Shown: positions 20,018-29,704, counted from the first letter of the stretch. The stretch: DNA of 64,000 bases from Candidatus Micrarchaeota archaeon (GCA_041694885.1 JBGFRX010000016.1:86-64085); one strand, 5' to 3'. The notes: generated by a model not told the origin, from the sequence alone. Program-made: numbers and translations.

Positions 20018-20804
20018 AAAACTTGCTGCGGATGCGAAGGCAGTAAACTCCATCCTCTGCTTCGGAATAGACCCTGTGCTCGAGAAAATAAAGTCGGATA
20101 AAAAAGGGATGCGGGAGAAAATCGAGGACTACTATTTCCGCATAACAGACAGACTGATTGCGGAAAGGCAAATAGTTGCAATAAAGTCCAACTACGCGTT
20201 CTTCGCTCAATACGGGTTCGAAGGGCTGCACGCGCTCAGGTCCATAATCGAAAGGTACAGGGGAAAAGTGGAAATAATTTTGGATGGAAAGCGGGGGGAC
20301 ATAGGCAAGACCTCTGAGGCGTACGCGAAAGAGGCATTCGATTTCTGGGGCGCGGACGCGCTCACCGTCTCGCCATATATGGGTAGCGATTCCGTGAAGC
20401 CGTTTTTGCGCAAAGGGAAGACCATTTACATGCTATGCAAGACATCCAACAAAGGCGCTGCTGATTTCCAGGAGCTCGAGTCAGGGGGGAAGAAATTCTA
20501 CGAATTCGTTGCTGAGAAGGCGGTTGAATGGAAGACGGGACTGGTTGTGGGAGCGACGAGCGACTCGATAAGGAAAATAACCGGCATTACCAAAGGTGAA
20601 ATCCCGTTCCTCATTCCAGGAATAGGTGCGCAGGGTGGGGATCTGGAGATGGTGATGGATGCGGTAAAGAAAAAACCGCACATCCACCGCATCAATTCTT
20701 CATCAGGCCTCGCGTTCGCTTACGAGAAGCACAACCTTTCCTCTGAGGAAAGCGCGCTGAAGGAGGCGAAAGCGCTGAACAGCCAAATTAGAAAATACCT
20801 TTAG
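20007..20804 (+). CDS. pyrF: Orotidine-5'-phosphate decarboxylase (subfamily 2)
   Basis: CFGIDP, LDGKRGDIGKT, VVGAT, PGIGAQGG. Confidence 0.95.
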   Translation: MENEKLAADAKAVNSILCFGIDPVLEKIKSDKKGMREKIEDYYFRITDRLIAERQIVAIKSNYAFFAQYGFEGLHALRSIIERYRGKVEIILDGKRGDIGKTSEAYAKEAFDFWGADALTVSPYMGSDSVKPFLRKGKTIYMLCKTSNKGAADFQELESGGKKFYEFVAEKAVEWKTGLVVGATSDSIRKITGITKGEIPFLIPGIGAQGGDLEMVMDAVKKKPHIHRINSSSGLAFAYEKHNLSSEESALKEAKALNSQIRKYL

Positions 20805-20866
20805 CAGATGGGAACTTATTTCAGAGTCAGCAAAAAATCTCAAAGCACTTAAGCGCAGTTCTCATT

Positions 20867-21724
20867 TTACTTTTTTGCCTGCTCGCCTTTTGCAACTGCG
20901 GAAAATCCTGCCCAGGCGAGTCCCCCTATCAAAGCGAGCGCGCCGTAAATCATAAGCAGATGGACAATCACGCCCTTCATCCATTCGTTTACGAAGTTTA
21001 TGGAATCTGAAATGAAGATATCCACAATGGGCCTTTGCTGCTCAGGGAGCTGGGAGAGCATCTGCTCGAGTTGGGGGCTGCCCATTACCATAGAGCTTAG
21101 TAAAGAAGGGAGCGTTAGCCACACGAGCGCAAGGATTATTACTGTTCCAAGTGCGTTCATGAATGTGTGGAAGGCGATGGTGCGCAGCCAGGGCATGATT
21201 GCTCCTTCGCGTAAATAATATATAATTGCAGAAAACGCATAGAAGACGAGGAATAGTATAAGGAAAATTGGGAGATAGGTGGATGTGTAAGGATTCACGT
21301 AGTCCGTTTTCAGGGCTGCGAATACCTCTGCACTCGCCTCATGGACCTTTTGCGATATGAACAGCTGTCTGAGCTCTGCAGCGCTTGCCGCCTTTGCTGC
21401 ATTCGTACAAAGCGAGTCGATATCCTTGTCGCTCAAAGGCAATTCCATTGGAAGGGTTATGTTTGTGTTTGCGCTGCTGCGTATGAAGCAGAGAAAGCGT
21501 ATGTTCTGGATGGAAATGTTGCCCAGCCTCTCTTCGCTGAGCTGGGGAAATGCAAGCCCCACAAGTTCGGCTATCTTGTCCGGATATTCCGCGTTCACCT
21601 TTTTCTCCAGATCCCCTATCTCGTAGGGCGCAAGCGCCATGGAAATGCTTATGAAAAAGGCGAGCGAAGAGAGCGCCAAAAAGCCCCACGCAAAAAATCC
21701 AAGAACGAGCCGCTTCAGGTCCAT
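20867..21724 (-). CDS. Hypothetical membrane protein
   Basis: About 4 TM segments with an extracellular loop. Confidence 0.7.
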   Translation of the reverse strand: MDLKRLVLGFFAWGFLALSSLAFFISISMALAPYEIGDLEKKVNAEYPDKIAELVGLAFPQLSEERLGNISIQNIRFLCFIRSSANTNITLPMELPLSDKDIDSLCTNAAKAASAAELRQLFISQKVHEASAEVFAALKTDYVNPYTSTYLPIFLILFLVFYAFSAIIYYLREGAIMPWLRTIAFHTFMNALGTVIILALVWLTLPSLLSSMVMGSPQLEQMLSQLPEQQRPIVDIFISDSINFVNEWMKGVIVHLLMIYGALALIGGLAWAGFSAVAKGEQAKK

Positions 21725-21733
21725 AATACCGCC

Positions 21734-23230
21734 TCAGAGAACAACTTTTCCCTTCGCAACATTCTCTTTTATTTTTTTCCCGAGTTCGGATATCGCCACG
21801 CGCTCCTGCTTTCCATCGTTCCTGTATCTTATTGTCACTGTTCCCTTTTCGAGCGTTTCGTAATCTATTGTAATCGCGTAAGGCGTCCCTATTTCGTCAG
21901 CCTTCGCATACCTCCTTCCTATGCTTCCGCTTTCAGAATAGAAAATAGTGAAATCGTTCCTCAGCTCAGCGGCAATTTCCCCTGCTTTTTCCGCGAGCCC
22001 GTCCTTTTTCATCAACGGAAAAACAGCAACTTCGTAAGGTGCTATTGCAGGCGGGAAATCGAACCATTCCCAGTCCTTTTCCTTGCTCTTTTCCCTGAAA
22101 CAGTGCTCAATCACCGAGAAAAGCATGCGGTCCACTCCCATCGAGACCTCGAACACATGGGGAACTATTTTTTTCTTCTCATCCTCCACGAATACCGCGA
22201 AGTCCTTTTTCGAATTGTTCTGGTGCTGGGAAAGGTCGAAATCGGTCCTGTACGCGTTCCCTATCGTTTCAATTATGCCATAGGACGTATCCACTTCCAT
22301 GTCTATATTGCCTTTGGAGTAATGGGGCGTTTCGCCTTCGAGCAGGTGCCTGAACGCGCACCTTTTCATGTCCAGGCCGCACGCAAAGTAATATTCCCAT
22401 TCCTTTACCAGAAAGAAGGCGAAAATCTCGTCGCAGATCCCTTTTTGCACAAGCTCTCCTGCGCTTATCTCGCTCACGTCCCTGAACGTGCCTTTCTGAC
22501 TGTCCCTCGGAAGATACCTCATTTTGAAGTCCTTCACTTTCCCGAAACCCTTCATCGCATGGTTCGAAGAGTTGAAGAAATATTCCAGCTCCATCTGTGT
22601 GAATTCCCTCATCCTCACAAGCACGTTCTTCGGCGAAATCTCGTTCCTGAACGATCTTCCGACCTGCCCTACTGCAAGAGGGAGCTTGGTTCCGTGGTTT
22701 TTGAACAGGCGCAAAAACGCGGTGAAAATCCCCTGCGCTGTCTCGGGCCTCGAATATCCTGCTGCCTGATCTCCGCCTATTCCTGTTCTGAACATTAAAT
22801 TAAATACGTACGGTTCAGTGGTTTCACCCCCGCAGGAGCACGTTATCCTCTGCCTGTTCTCGCTGTACACCTTCTTTAGCGATTCCATCTTTCCGTCCCA
22901 TTTGAAGCCCTCGATTTTTTCCTCTGCAAGATGGTCAGCCCTTATTTTCTTCCTGCATTTCCTGCATTCCACTATCGGATCAGTAAAATTGTCCACGTGC
23001 CCCGAGGCCTTGAGCACTATCTCGGGAGTGATTATGGAGCTCTCGACCTCGTGGTTCCCCATTTCGTAGATGAATTTTTTTCTCCATAAATTCTCTATTT
23101 TCTTTTTCATCAGAACGCCCACCGGCCCGTAGTCATAAAACCCGGACGTTGCGCCATAGGGCTCGTTCGAGGGGTAGAAGAAAGACCTCTGCAATGCGAT
23201 TTCCATTATCCTTTCCCATAAAGCCGGCAT
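21734..23230 (-). CDS. glyS: Glycine--tRNA ligase (homodimeric type)
   Basis: GFYDYGPVG, ASGHVDNFTDP, RPETAQGIF, FRNEISP, GSIGRRYAKADEIG. Confidence 0.96.
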   Translation of the reverse strand: MPALWERIMEIALQRSFFYPSNEPYGATSGFYDYGPVGVLMKKKIENLWRKKFIYEMGNHEVESSIITPEIVLKASGHVDNFTDPIVECRKCRKKIRADHLAEEKIEGFKWDGKMESLKKVYSENRQRITCSCGGETTEPYVFNLMFRTGIGGDQAAGYSRPETAQGIFTAFLRLFKNHGTKLPLAVGQVGRSFRNEISPKNVLVRMREFTQMELEYFFNSSNHAMKGFGKVKDFKMRYLPRDSQKGTFRDVSEISAGELVQKGICDEIFAFFLVKEWEYYFACGLDMKRCAFRHLLEGETPHYSKGNIDMEVDTSYGIIETIGNAYRTDFDLSQHQNNSKKDFAVFVEDEKKKIVPHVFEVSMGVDRMLFSVIEHCFREKSKEKDWEWFDFPPAIAPYEVAVFPLMKKDGLAEKAGEIAAELRNDFTIFYSESGSIGRRYAKADEIGTPYAITIDYETLEKGTVTIRYRNDGKQERVAISELGKKIKENVAKGKVVL

Positions 23231-23318
23231 GAAACCCACCTGAATTTTTAGAGCATGGACTCTGCAATTTTTTAACTGGAAATATCTCATTCGGAAGATT
23301 TTAAACCTTGATTTTTTC

Positions 23319-24602
23319 TCAGAAAAACTCGTCCAGCCCCTTCTGCTTTTGGTTGCCGGTAATGTGTTTCGGATTTTGGGTTCCGCGTTTCGGGCCCTGC
23401 ATCTCGTTCTCGCCCAATATCAATTCCCCGAAAACTCCATCGTACCCTGGAACCCAGCGCACCTTTTCCGCATTCACCATCACTATCGCGTCGGCAACTT
23501 CTTTGCTTGCAGCCATGCGCACCTGCTCCTCCTTCGCCTCGTAAACCGCGAACTCGTTCCCGAAATACCTTATGAGCTTGCCGTATTCCTTGTGCACCAG
23601 ATTCGCCATTTCGGTTTTTCCCAGCGCTTTGGAAATCACTGTGCGAAGGGGCACTATATGCTTGAAGGGAACCACATTTTCGGGCATTTCCCCTAATTTG
23701 CGGTCAGCCAAATCCGCAACCCTGTGCATAACTCCAATGGTAAGTTCGCGCTTGCACACCGGGCATCTGTTGTTCAATTTCTTCGCTTCCCACGGATCGA
23801 GCAGCACGTTGCAAAGCCGATGCCCGTCGTAGTGGTATTTCCCTTCCTCTGGAAAGAATTCGTACGTCTTCACAAATCCCTTTCTCGTCTTTATCGCATC
23901 AATGATCGTGCCATACGTTGCTTCCTCCAAATCCAACACGTTTGCCTCCCTTCCCATCTTCTCCGGGCTGTGCGAATCGCTGTTCGAAACGAGGGTGTAT
24001 TTATCCAATCCGCTCAGCATCCAGCACATTGAAGGGTCCGCGGACAAACCCGTTTCCAATGCGTGAATATGCTTCTCCATCCCCCCATATGCCTCTTTCA
24101 AATCATCCACTCCGTTTTTCGAACCTAATAGCGAGAACCACGGAGTCCAGATGTGCGCAGGAATAACGAAATTAAGGGCGGAGATTTCCATAACTTCCTC
24201 AACGAGCTCGGCAGCTGAACATTGCCCAAAAATTGGCCTTCCGTCAGCAGCAAGGTTGCCCTTTTTCTTCAGTTTATCGTTTATCTGCGCAGCTACCTCG
24301 AAATCAGGAGCAAGAATCACATGGTGCATCTTCTTCAGTTCACCGTTTATGTGGAAAAGATTCGCCACTTCCACTGAAAGCAAAAATTTCACTCCGTTGA
24401 ATTCGTACAGTCCGGTGTCGTTGTCCTTATTCTCCAACCCCAGTTTCAATTCCCTGAACCATTCAGGATGGGTGAAGTCCCCGGTTGCGAGAATCTGCAC
24501 GCCCTTTATTTTTGCTCCTTCTGAAAGCCCCTGGAGATCCGAATTCTGGCTCGTTGCTCTCGCGTATTTGGAATGCAAATGTAAGTCGGCTATAACCTGC
24601 AT
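23319..24602 (-). CDS. Endonuclease Q family (PHP plus Zn finger)
   Basis: DLHLHSKYA, PAHIWTPW, NSDSHS, GKYHYDGHRLC..CPVC, GYDGVFG. Confidence 0.88.
   Translation of the reverse strand: MQVIADLHLHSKYARATSQNSDLQGLSEGAKIKGVQILATGDFTHPEWFRELKLGLENKDNDTGLYEFNGVKFLLSVEVANLFHINGELKKMHHVILAPDFEVAAQINDKLKKKGNLAADGRPIFGQCSAAELVEEVMEISALNFVIPAHIWTPWFSLLGSKNGVDDLKEAYGGMEKHIHALETGLSADPSMCWMLSGLDKYTLVSNSDSHSPEKMGREANVLDLEEATYGTIIDAIKTRKGFVKTYEFFPEEGKYHYDGHRLCNVLLDPWEAKKLNNRCPVCKRELTIGVMHRVADLADRKLGEMPENVVPFKHIVPLRTVISKALGKTEMANLVHKEYGKLIRYFGNEFAVYEAKEEQVRMAASKEVADAIVMVNAEKVRWVPGYDGVFGELILGENEMQGPKRGTQNPKHITGNQKQKGLDEFF
23343..23391 (-). repeat. Heptamer array (7 units) in endoQ C-terminal tail
   Basis: GAAACGC GGAACCC AAAATCC GAAACAC ATTACCG GCAACCA AAAGCAG. 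Confidence 0.65.
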
Positions 24603-24631
24603 GGCTGGATTTCAGAAAGAGATTTTATAAA

Positions 24632-24726
24632 ACGCCTCTTTATCTTATAAGGCGTATTTCAACTCCAGTAGTTCTGTCGACTATTGAATCAGGATCTCTT
24701 CCTGATATTCGGCTTACGTCTGAGTA
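24632..24726 (+). other. Intergenic element with four consecutive hairpins; possible small RNA
   Basis: ACGCCT/AGGCGT, TTCAA..TAGTT/GACTA TTGAA, ATCAGGA/TCCTGAT, TATTCGG/CTGAGTA. Confidence 0.4.
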
Positions 24727-24747
24727 GTGCAACACGCTCAAAAAAAA

Positions 24748-24990
24748 TCAGATGTTCTCGAGCGGAATGCCGGTATCCAGCGACTCTGAATCAGGGCTGT
24801 CCAGAATCCCGAAATCTGCTGCAGTTATGTTCGAAGTAACTCCTCTGGTTCCAGAAGTCCCGCCTGTTGCAGAGCCGGCATTGCCTCCTGATGAAGCAGT
24901 GCCTTCTGGCGCACTGCCTGGCCTGGCCACGCAGCCGAAGCCGAAAAGCAGCACTGCGAGAAGCGCAACCACTATCATCAATTTACGCAT
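24748..24990 (-). CDS. Small putative lipoprotein
   Basis: Signal peptide with LLFGFGC lipobox-like end, G/S/T linker. Confidence 0.65.
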   Translation of the reverse strand: MRKLMIVVALLAVLLFGFGCVARPGSAPEGTASSGGNAGSATGGTSGTRGVTSNITAADFGILDSPDSESLDTGIPLENI

Positions 24991-24991
24991 G

Positions 24992-25891
24992 CTAAGCACC
25001 TCTCATCTTTTTGAGAAGGTTCTTCATCTTCTCGTGCGCCTGCTTGAGCGCGCTCTTCACATACTCGAAGTCGCCTGGATTGTATACCCTTCCGATTTTC
25101 ACTTTCGATGAAGCATCGTCCAGCAGGGCGCTTATCTCAGTGACGTCCGACTGGTAGCCCTTGGATATTGCCTCATCGTCCGTCGCGTCCACTATCGCCT
25201 TCATTTTTGCGATCTGAAAACGCGCCCAGATATGAAGGTGCTCTTCCCTCAGCCCTTTCACCGTTTCCTGTATGGTGCTCGCATTCCCTTTAGCTTCCGC
25301 GTCCCTGAGTTCGTCAAGGTTTGCCTCTGCCTCGCCCATTATCTTGTCCATTTCAGAAGTGTCCACGCCTTTGGCCTTTAGTTTTGCAGTGGTGTTCTTC
25401 ATGCCGTTCACGCGCGTCTTGACCTCGTTCACTTGTTTCTTTGCGAAATCGAGCGCAACACTCTTGAGGCATTTGGCCCTATCCTGCCTTACCTGCACGA
25501 AATAGTTCTGCCCATCGCTTGCGCTGGATCTGTTTTTCCCTCCCTTCACTATTTCCTTTCTGACGCCTTTCAGGTAAAGTGTAGCGTCGCGCAGGTCGTT
25601 TCTGAGCTCGCCTTTCACAAAGTCATTGAAGCCCTGCCTGTCTCCTCTGTCCGAATAGCCCTTGAGTGTGCTGAGATCGCCCGCGAGTTTGTCCGCTAGT
25701 CCGCTGCTGCTCGTGTTCGTGTTGTTCTCCCCATATTGCACGAGCGAGATCACCGCATTCACTCTGCATTCTATAAGCCCATATTTCAGGTTGAGCACAT
25801 GCAGCTTGGTCGCGTTCGCAGTTGTTTCGTCCGCAAACACGCTTCCTGCCAGGAGTGCAAGCCCGAACACGGCCAAAATCCACCCCTTCAT
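24992..25891 (-). CDS. Secreted alpha-helical hypothetical protein
   Basis: Signal peptide ...GSVFA, helical-bundle/coiled-coil body. Confidence 0.75.
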   Translation of the reverse strand: MKGWILAVFGLALLAGSVFADETTANATKLHVLNLKYGLIECRVNAVISLVQYGENNTNTSSSGLADKLAGDLSTLKGYSDRGDRQGFNDFVKGELRNDLRDATLYLKGVRKEIVKGGKNRSSASDGQNYFVQVRQDRAKCLKSVALDFAKKQVNEVKTRVNGMKNTTAKLKAKGVDTSEMDKIMGEAEANLDELRDAEAKGNASTIQETVKGLREEHLHIWARFQIAKMKAIVDATDDEAISKGYQSDVTEISALLDDASSKVKIGRVYNPGDFEYVKSALKQAHEKMKNLLKKMRGA

Positions 25892-26018
25892 CCAATCACC
25901 CCAAATCATCATTTTACTTCCGCAAAACGTTGGTTCGCCATATTTAAATCGAAACTTTTTTTCCGCTTTTTCCAGGAATACGAAAGCTTTAAATTCCCTA
26001 AATTCTTAGTCGTAGAAC

Positions 26019-26669
26019 ATGCGATTCGCGCTCGGATTTTTGCTTATCCTTACTTTACTGCACGCAGCCACTATAAGCGGCTCAATCTACTCCTACGACT
26101 CGTTTGAAAAAGTAGGCGGAGCGGTTGTGAAATTCGAGGGAAAGAGCTCGCAGCAGATTATTTCGGAGGACGGCGACTATTCCATCGACTTGGAAAAAGG
26201 GGAATACAATATTACCGCGTTCTTGCTGAAAAACGGCACGCTGAGATACTATACGAAAGAAAAAATTTCAGTTGGGGAAGGGAACCAGACCTTTGATTTG
26301 GTGCTTTTCGAGCCCTCGTTCTTCGAAAGCGATGAGCTGCCCAATTTGGACCTGGAAATCCAGCAGAAAAAGGAGGATTGGATTTTATATATAATTGGAG
26401 CGGCTGCTCTTGCAATTGCCGCCTTTCTTCTTACGAAAAAATGTTTTCCGTTTGTCACTTTGAAAAAGGAAAGCGGGGAAGAGGAAATGAAAGTGCTCCA
26501 CATCATAAAAGAGAATGAAGGGCGAATGGAGCAAAAGCAGTTGCGCGACATCCTGAAATTTTCCGAATCGAAAATGAGCCTACTCCTCACCGAGCTCGAG
26601 GTTGGCGGATACATAAAGCGGTTTAAAAAGGGGAGGGAAAATATAATCAAACTGAAGAAGACCGAATGA
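26019..26669 (+). CDS. Membrane-anchored winged-HTH regulator (extracellular beta domain-TM-wHTH)
   Basis: Signal peptide, ATISGSIY beta domain, TM, C-terminal QKQLRDILKFSESKMSLLLTELE..GYIKRFKKGRENII. Confidence 0.8.
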   Translation: MRFALGFLLILTLLHAATISGSIYSYDSFEKVGGAVVKFEGKSSQQIISEDGDYSIDLEKGEYNITAFLLKNGTLRYYTKEKISVGEGNQTFDLVLFEPSFFESDELPNLDLEIQQKKEDWILYIIGAAALAIAAFLLTKKCFPFVTLKKESGEEEMKVLHIIKENEGRMEQKQLRDILKFSESKMSLLLTELEVGGYIKRFKKGRENIIKLKKTE

Positions 26670-26730
26670 GCGAACGCGAAGGAAAGTGAAAATGCAAAGA
26701 AATGGAGAAAGTGGAAAAGGGGATGTAACC

Positions 26731-27819
26731 ATGGTTACAATTGCAACATTGGGAAGCCATTCTGCTTTGGATGTGTGCGAAGGCGCAAAAGCAGAGGGTT
26801 TCAGGACTTTGGTGGTTGCGCAGGAGGGAAGGGAAAGGACCTATTCCCACCATTACAAAACGCGCAGGCAGGGGAAAAAAGAAACCGGGGTTGTGGATGA
26901 GGTGCTTGTGCTCGAGCGCTTCAGGTACATCCTCACCCCGGAGAACGTAAAAATCATGAAAAAAAAGGGCTGCGTCTTCATCCCGAACAGGAGCTTCTCC
27001 GTCTATGTTGGAAATGATAAGATCGAGAAAAAATTCCCTGTCCCGGTATTCGGGAACCGCTTTCTCCTCAAGGCAGAGGAGCGCGGGGAAAGGAGGAACC
27101 AGTATTTCCTATTGGAAAAGGCAGGAATACGCACTCCGAAGCAGTTGGCGCACCCTAATGCGATACACACGCCCTGCATAGTGAAGGTGTCTGAAGCGCG
27201 CAGGACCTATGAACGCGCATTTTTCATCGCCTCTTCTTTTGAGGAATACACGAAGAAAAGCGATGACCTTATAGGAAGAGGCGTGATTACGCGCGAAGGC
27301 CTCTCCAAAGCGGTAATCGAGGAATTTGTGGTAGGGGCGCAGTTCAATTTCAATTTCTTCTATTCTCCGCTCAGCGAGCGGCTCGAACTTCTTGGAATAG
27401 ATATGAGGAGGCAGACCAACCTGGACGGTTTATTGAGGATGCCTGCTGATGCGCAGGCGGAGGCGCTCAAGCACGTGCGGCCCACTACGATAGAGGTCGG
27501 GCACGTTGCCTGCACTCTTCGGGAGTCGCTGCTCGAAAAAGTATTCGAGGCAGGGGAGAGATTGGTGCAGGTGTGCAGGGAGGAATACAAGCCGGGCATC
27601 ATAGGTCCCTTTGCCTTGCAGTGCGCAATCGCGGAAGAGGAGACTGGCGAGGAGCTCGTATGCTTCGACGTCTCCTTCCGTATACCCGGCTCGCCCGGAA
27701 CGAGGTTCACTCCTTATTCATCTTATTTGTTTGGGAAGAACATTTCGTTCGGAAGACGCATAGCGATGGAGATAAAGGAGGCGGTTAAGAGGAAAATGCT
27801 GGGAGAAGTCACTACATGA
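26731..27819 (+). CDS. purP: PurP-family formate-AICAR ligase (paralog 1)
   Basis: IATLGSHSALD, FIPNRSF, RQTNLDG, LRESLL, GIIGPFALQ. Confidence 0.9.
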   Translation: MVTIATLGSHSALDVCEGAKAEGFRTLVVAQEGRERTYSHHYKTRRQGKKETGVVDEVLVLERFRYILTPENVKIMKKKGCVFIPNRSFSVYVGNDKIEKKFPVPVFGNRFLLKAEERGERRNQYFLLEKAGIRTPKQLAHPNAIHTPCIVKVSEARRTYERAFFIASSFEEYTKKSDDLIGRGVITREGLSKAVIEEFVVGAQFNFNFFYSPLSERLELLGIDMRRQTNLDGLLRMPADAQAEALKHVRPTTIEVGHVACTLRESLLEKVFEAGERLVQVCREEYKPGIIGPFALQCAIAEEETGEELVCFDVSFRIPGSPGTRFTPYSSYLFGKNISFGRRIAMEIKEAVKRKMLGEVTT

Positions 27820-28000
27820 ATGCTTGGAGCTGCGAAATGCAAACGTTTTTATTGTTCTTGCTGGAAATTCAGGTTTTGAAGAGAAAATTCCTTTTGTTGA
27901 TGGCATCGTGTTCTCCTATGCAGGTACTGAAAAACCTGTGCTGACTGGAGATAAGCATCTCAGAAGTAAACCGAACGTTGAGTTCGTAAAAGAGCGTTGA
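27818..28000 (+). pseudogene. 3' remnant of a PIN/VapC toxin gene
   Basis: Frame reads ...EEKIPFVDGIVFSYAGTEKPVLTGDKHLRSKPNVEFVKER*; no N-terminal PIN half. Confidence 0.6.
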
Positions 28001-28004
28001 TCGC

Positions 28005-29048
28005 ATGATAGAGAAATCCAAAATAGACGCGATAATTTCGGAATACAGGAAGCCCTCCATAGCCACCATTTGCTCCCATTCCTCATTGCAGATTTTCCAC
28101 GGCGCGAGACAGGAAGGCTTGAAGACTATAGGGATATGCCTGCGCGGAAGGGAAAAAATCTATGAAGTGTTCCCCCTTGCGAAGCCGGACGAATTCGTAT
28201 TCGTGAATTCATATTCTGAAATTCCTGAATCCGAATTGGTTGCGCGGGATGCTATTCTGATTCCGCACGGCTCGTTCGTAGAGTACACCGGGGAAAAAAT
28301 TGACGACTTAGCTGTTCCTGTTTTGGGAAACCGCGCCTCCCTAGTGTGGGAGCGCTCCCGCGAAAAACTCTTTGACTGGATATACAAGGCAGGGCTGAAA
28401 ACCCCAAAGGTGTTCCTTGACCCGAGAACGATAGACCGCCCGGCAATAGTGAAATTCCCCGGAGCAAAAGGGGGGCAGGGATATCTGGTGGTGAATTCTT
28501 ACGAGGAATACAGGCAGAAGGTTGGCGAGAAAAAAGCGATGGTGCAGGAATTCCTGACAGGAATAAGGGCATATCCGCATTATTTCTACTCTCCTCTTAA
28601 CAAGAGGGGCTACCGGGTCTCAAGTGGAACAGTGGAGCTTTTGGGAGTGGACAGAAGAGTGGAGAGCAACGCGGACGAGATAGGAAGGGCGATTTTCGCA
28701 GGAGCGCATGCCAAAATGTCCTTTACTGTGGTTGCAAACGAACCCATGGTTTTGCGCGAATCGCTCCTGCCCGAATACATGGAAACAGGAAAGAAAGTTG
28801 TTGAAGCGGCGGACAAGCTTTTTGGAGGCATTCCCGGTCCGTTTTGCGTGGAGACGATAATCACGGACAATATGGAAATCTACGTATTCGAGATTTCGGC
28901 GCGCATAGTCGCAGGAACTAATATTTTCTCCGACTCATCTCCTTATTCGGTGTTCGTGTATAAAAAGCCGATGAGCATGGGAAGGCGCATTGCGCTGGAA
29001 ATAAGGAACGCTGTAAAAATGAAGAAATTGGATGAAATTGTTTATTGA
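28005..29048 (+). CDS. purP: PurP formate-AICAR ligase (paralog 2)
   Basis: IATICSHSSLQI, IPHGSFVEY, GAKGGQGY, FEISARIVAGTN, MSMGRRIA. Confidence 0.93.
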   Translation: MIEKSKIDAIISEYRKPSIATICSHSSLQIFHGARQEGLKTIGICLRGREKIYEVFPLAKPDEFVFVNSYSEIPESELVARDAILIPHGSFVEYTGEKIDDLAVPVLGNRASLVWERSREKLFDWIYKAGLKTPKVFLDPRTIDRPAIVKFPGAKGGQGYLVVNSYEEYRQKVGEKKAMVQEFLTGIRAYPHYFYSPLNKRGYRVSSGTVELLGVDRRVESNADEIGRAIFAGAHAKMSFTVVANEPMVLRESLLPEYMETGKKVVEAADKLFGGIPGPFCVETIITDNMEIYVFEISARIVAGTNIFSDSSPYSVFVYKKPMSMGRRIALEIRNAVKMKKLDEIVY

Positions 29049-29674
29049 AGCTCGATTTTAACTGCATCTCCGTCCTTTTTATTCAGCGCCTTCTTGAGGT
29101 TTACCGGTGAGATTATCTCCACGATTTCAGATGGATGGTGAGTTCGAAGCGGAACTACCAATGCGCACTTGTGTTTTTCCATTGCGCATGGATATGCATA
29201 CAAGTCGCCGAAAGTGCGCTCCCCTTTCCTGAAGCCTTTGATTATTACTGGCTCGGAATTTTTCAGGAAATGCGATTTTGCTGCTGCGCTTTCCTCGCTC
29301 AATTTCACGTTGAGCGTGCCTTCGTAGGCCTCAAAGCCCAGCTTTTCCCTTATCTGCTTTTTGTATTTTTGAAGAGAGAGGTAATATCTGCCTTCTCCGA
29401 GCCCGGAGACGATTGCTCCGTAAAGCTTCGGTGCCTTTTTTTCAAACGCATTTTTCAATTCTGCATAAAACGCGTACGCTTCTTCCGCCCCTTTTTTGGT
29501 AAGCGCTATGCCATCTTTTGTCTTTTCCACAAGCCCGAGCTGCTCCGATTTGGAAAGCCGCGCAGAGGCGTTCTGCTGGCTCATGCCAAGAATCGCGCCT
29601 ATTTCCGAAGTGGTTATTCGCACGTGCCGCACGTGCGCACCTTTCTTCACCAGAAGCAGAAGCACTTCATCCAT
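29042..29674 (-). CDS. ribK: HTH-fused CTP-dependent riboflavin kinase (RbkR type)
   Basis: N-terminal wHTH (SQQNASARL), SGLGEGRYY, YEGTLN, PLRTHH..EIISPVNL. Confidence 0.92.
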   Translation of the reverse strand: MDEVLLLLVKKGAHVRHVRITTSEIGAILGMSQQNASARLSKSEQLGLVEKTKDGIALTKKGAEEAYAFYAELKNAFEKKAPKLYGAIVSGLGEGRYYLSLQKYKKQIREKLGFEAYEGTLNVKLSEESAAAKSHFLKNSEPVIIKGFRKGERTFGDLYAYPCAMEKHKCALVVPLRTHHPSEIVEIISPVNLKKALNKKDGDAVKIELQ

Positions 29675-29696
29675 ACAGATATTTTGGTAAACATGG

Positions 29697-29704
29697 TTTA
29701 TAAA
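29697..29704. promoter_or_regulatory. Palindromic TATA box between rbkR and the C/D sRNA
   Basis: TTTATAAA about 23-25 nt from both divergent starts. Confidence 0.6.

Noticed and set aside
21341..22798. 485-aa plus-strand ORF (also long ORFs 1019-1855, 15500-16684, 37167-38396)
   Set aside because: Antisense shadows of glyS, gdhA, aguB and the ATPase; no motifs and atypical composition
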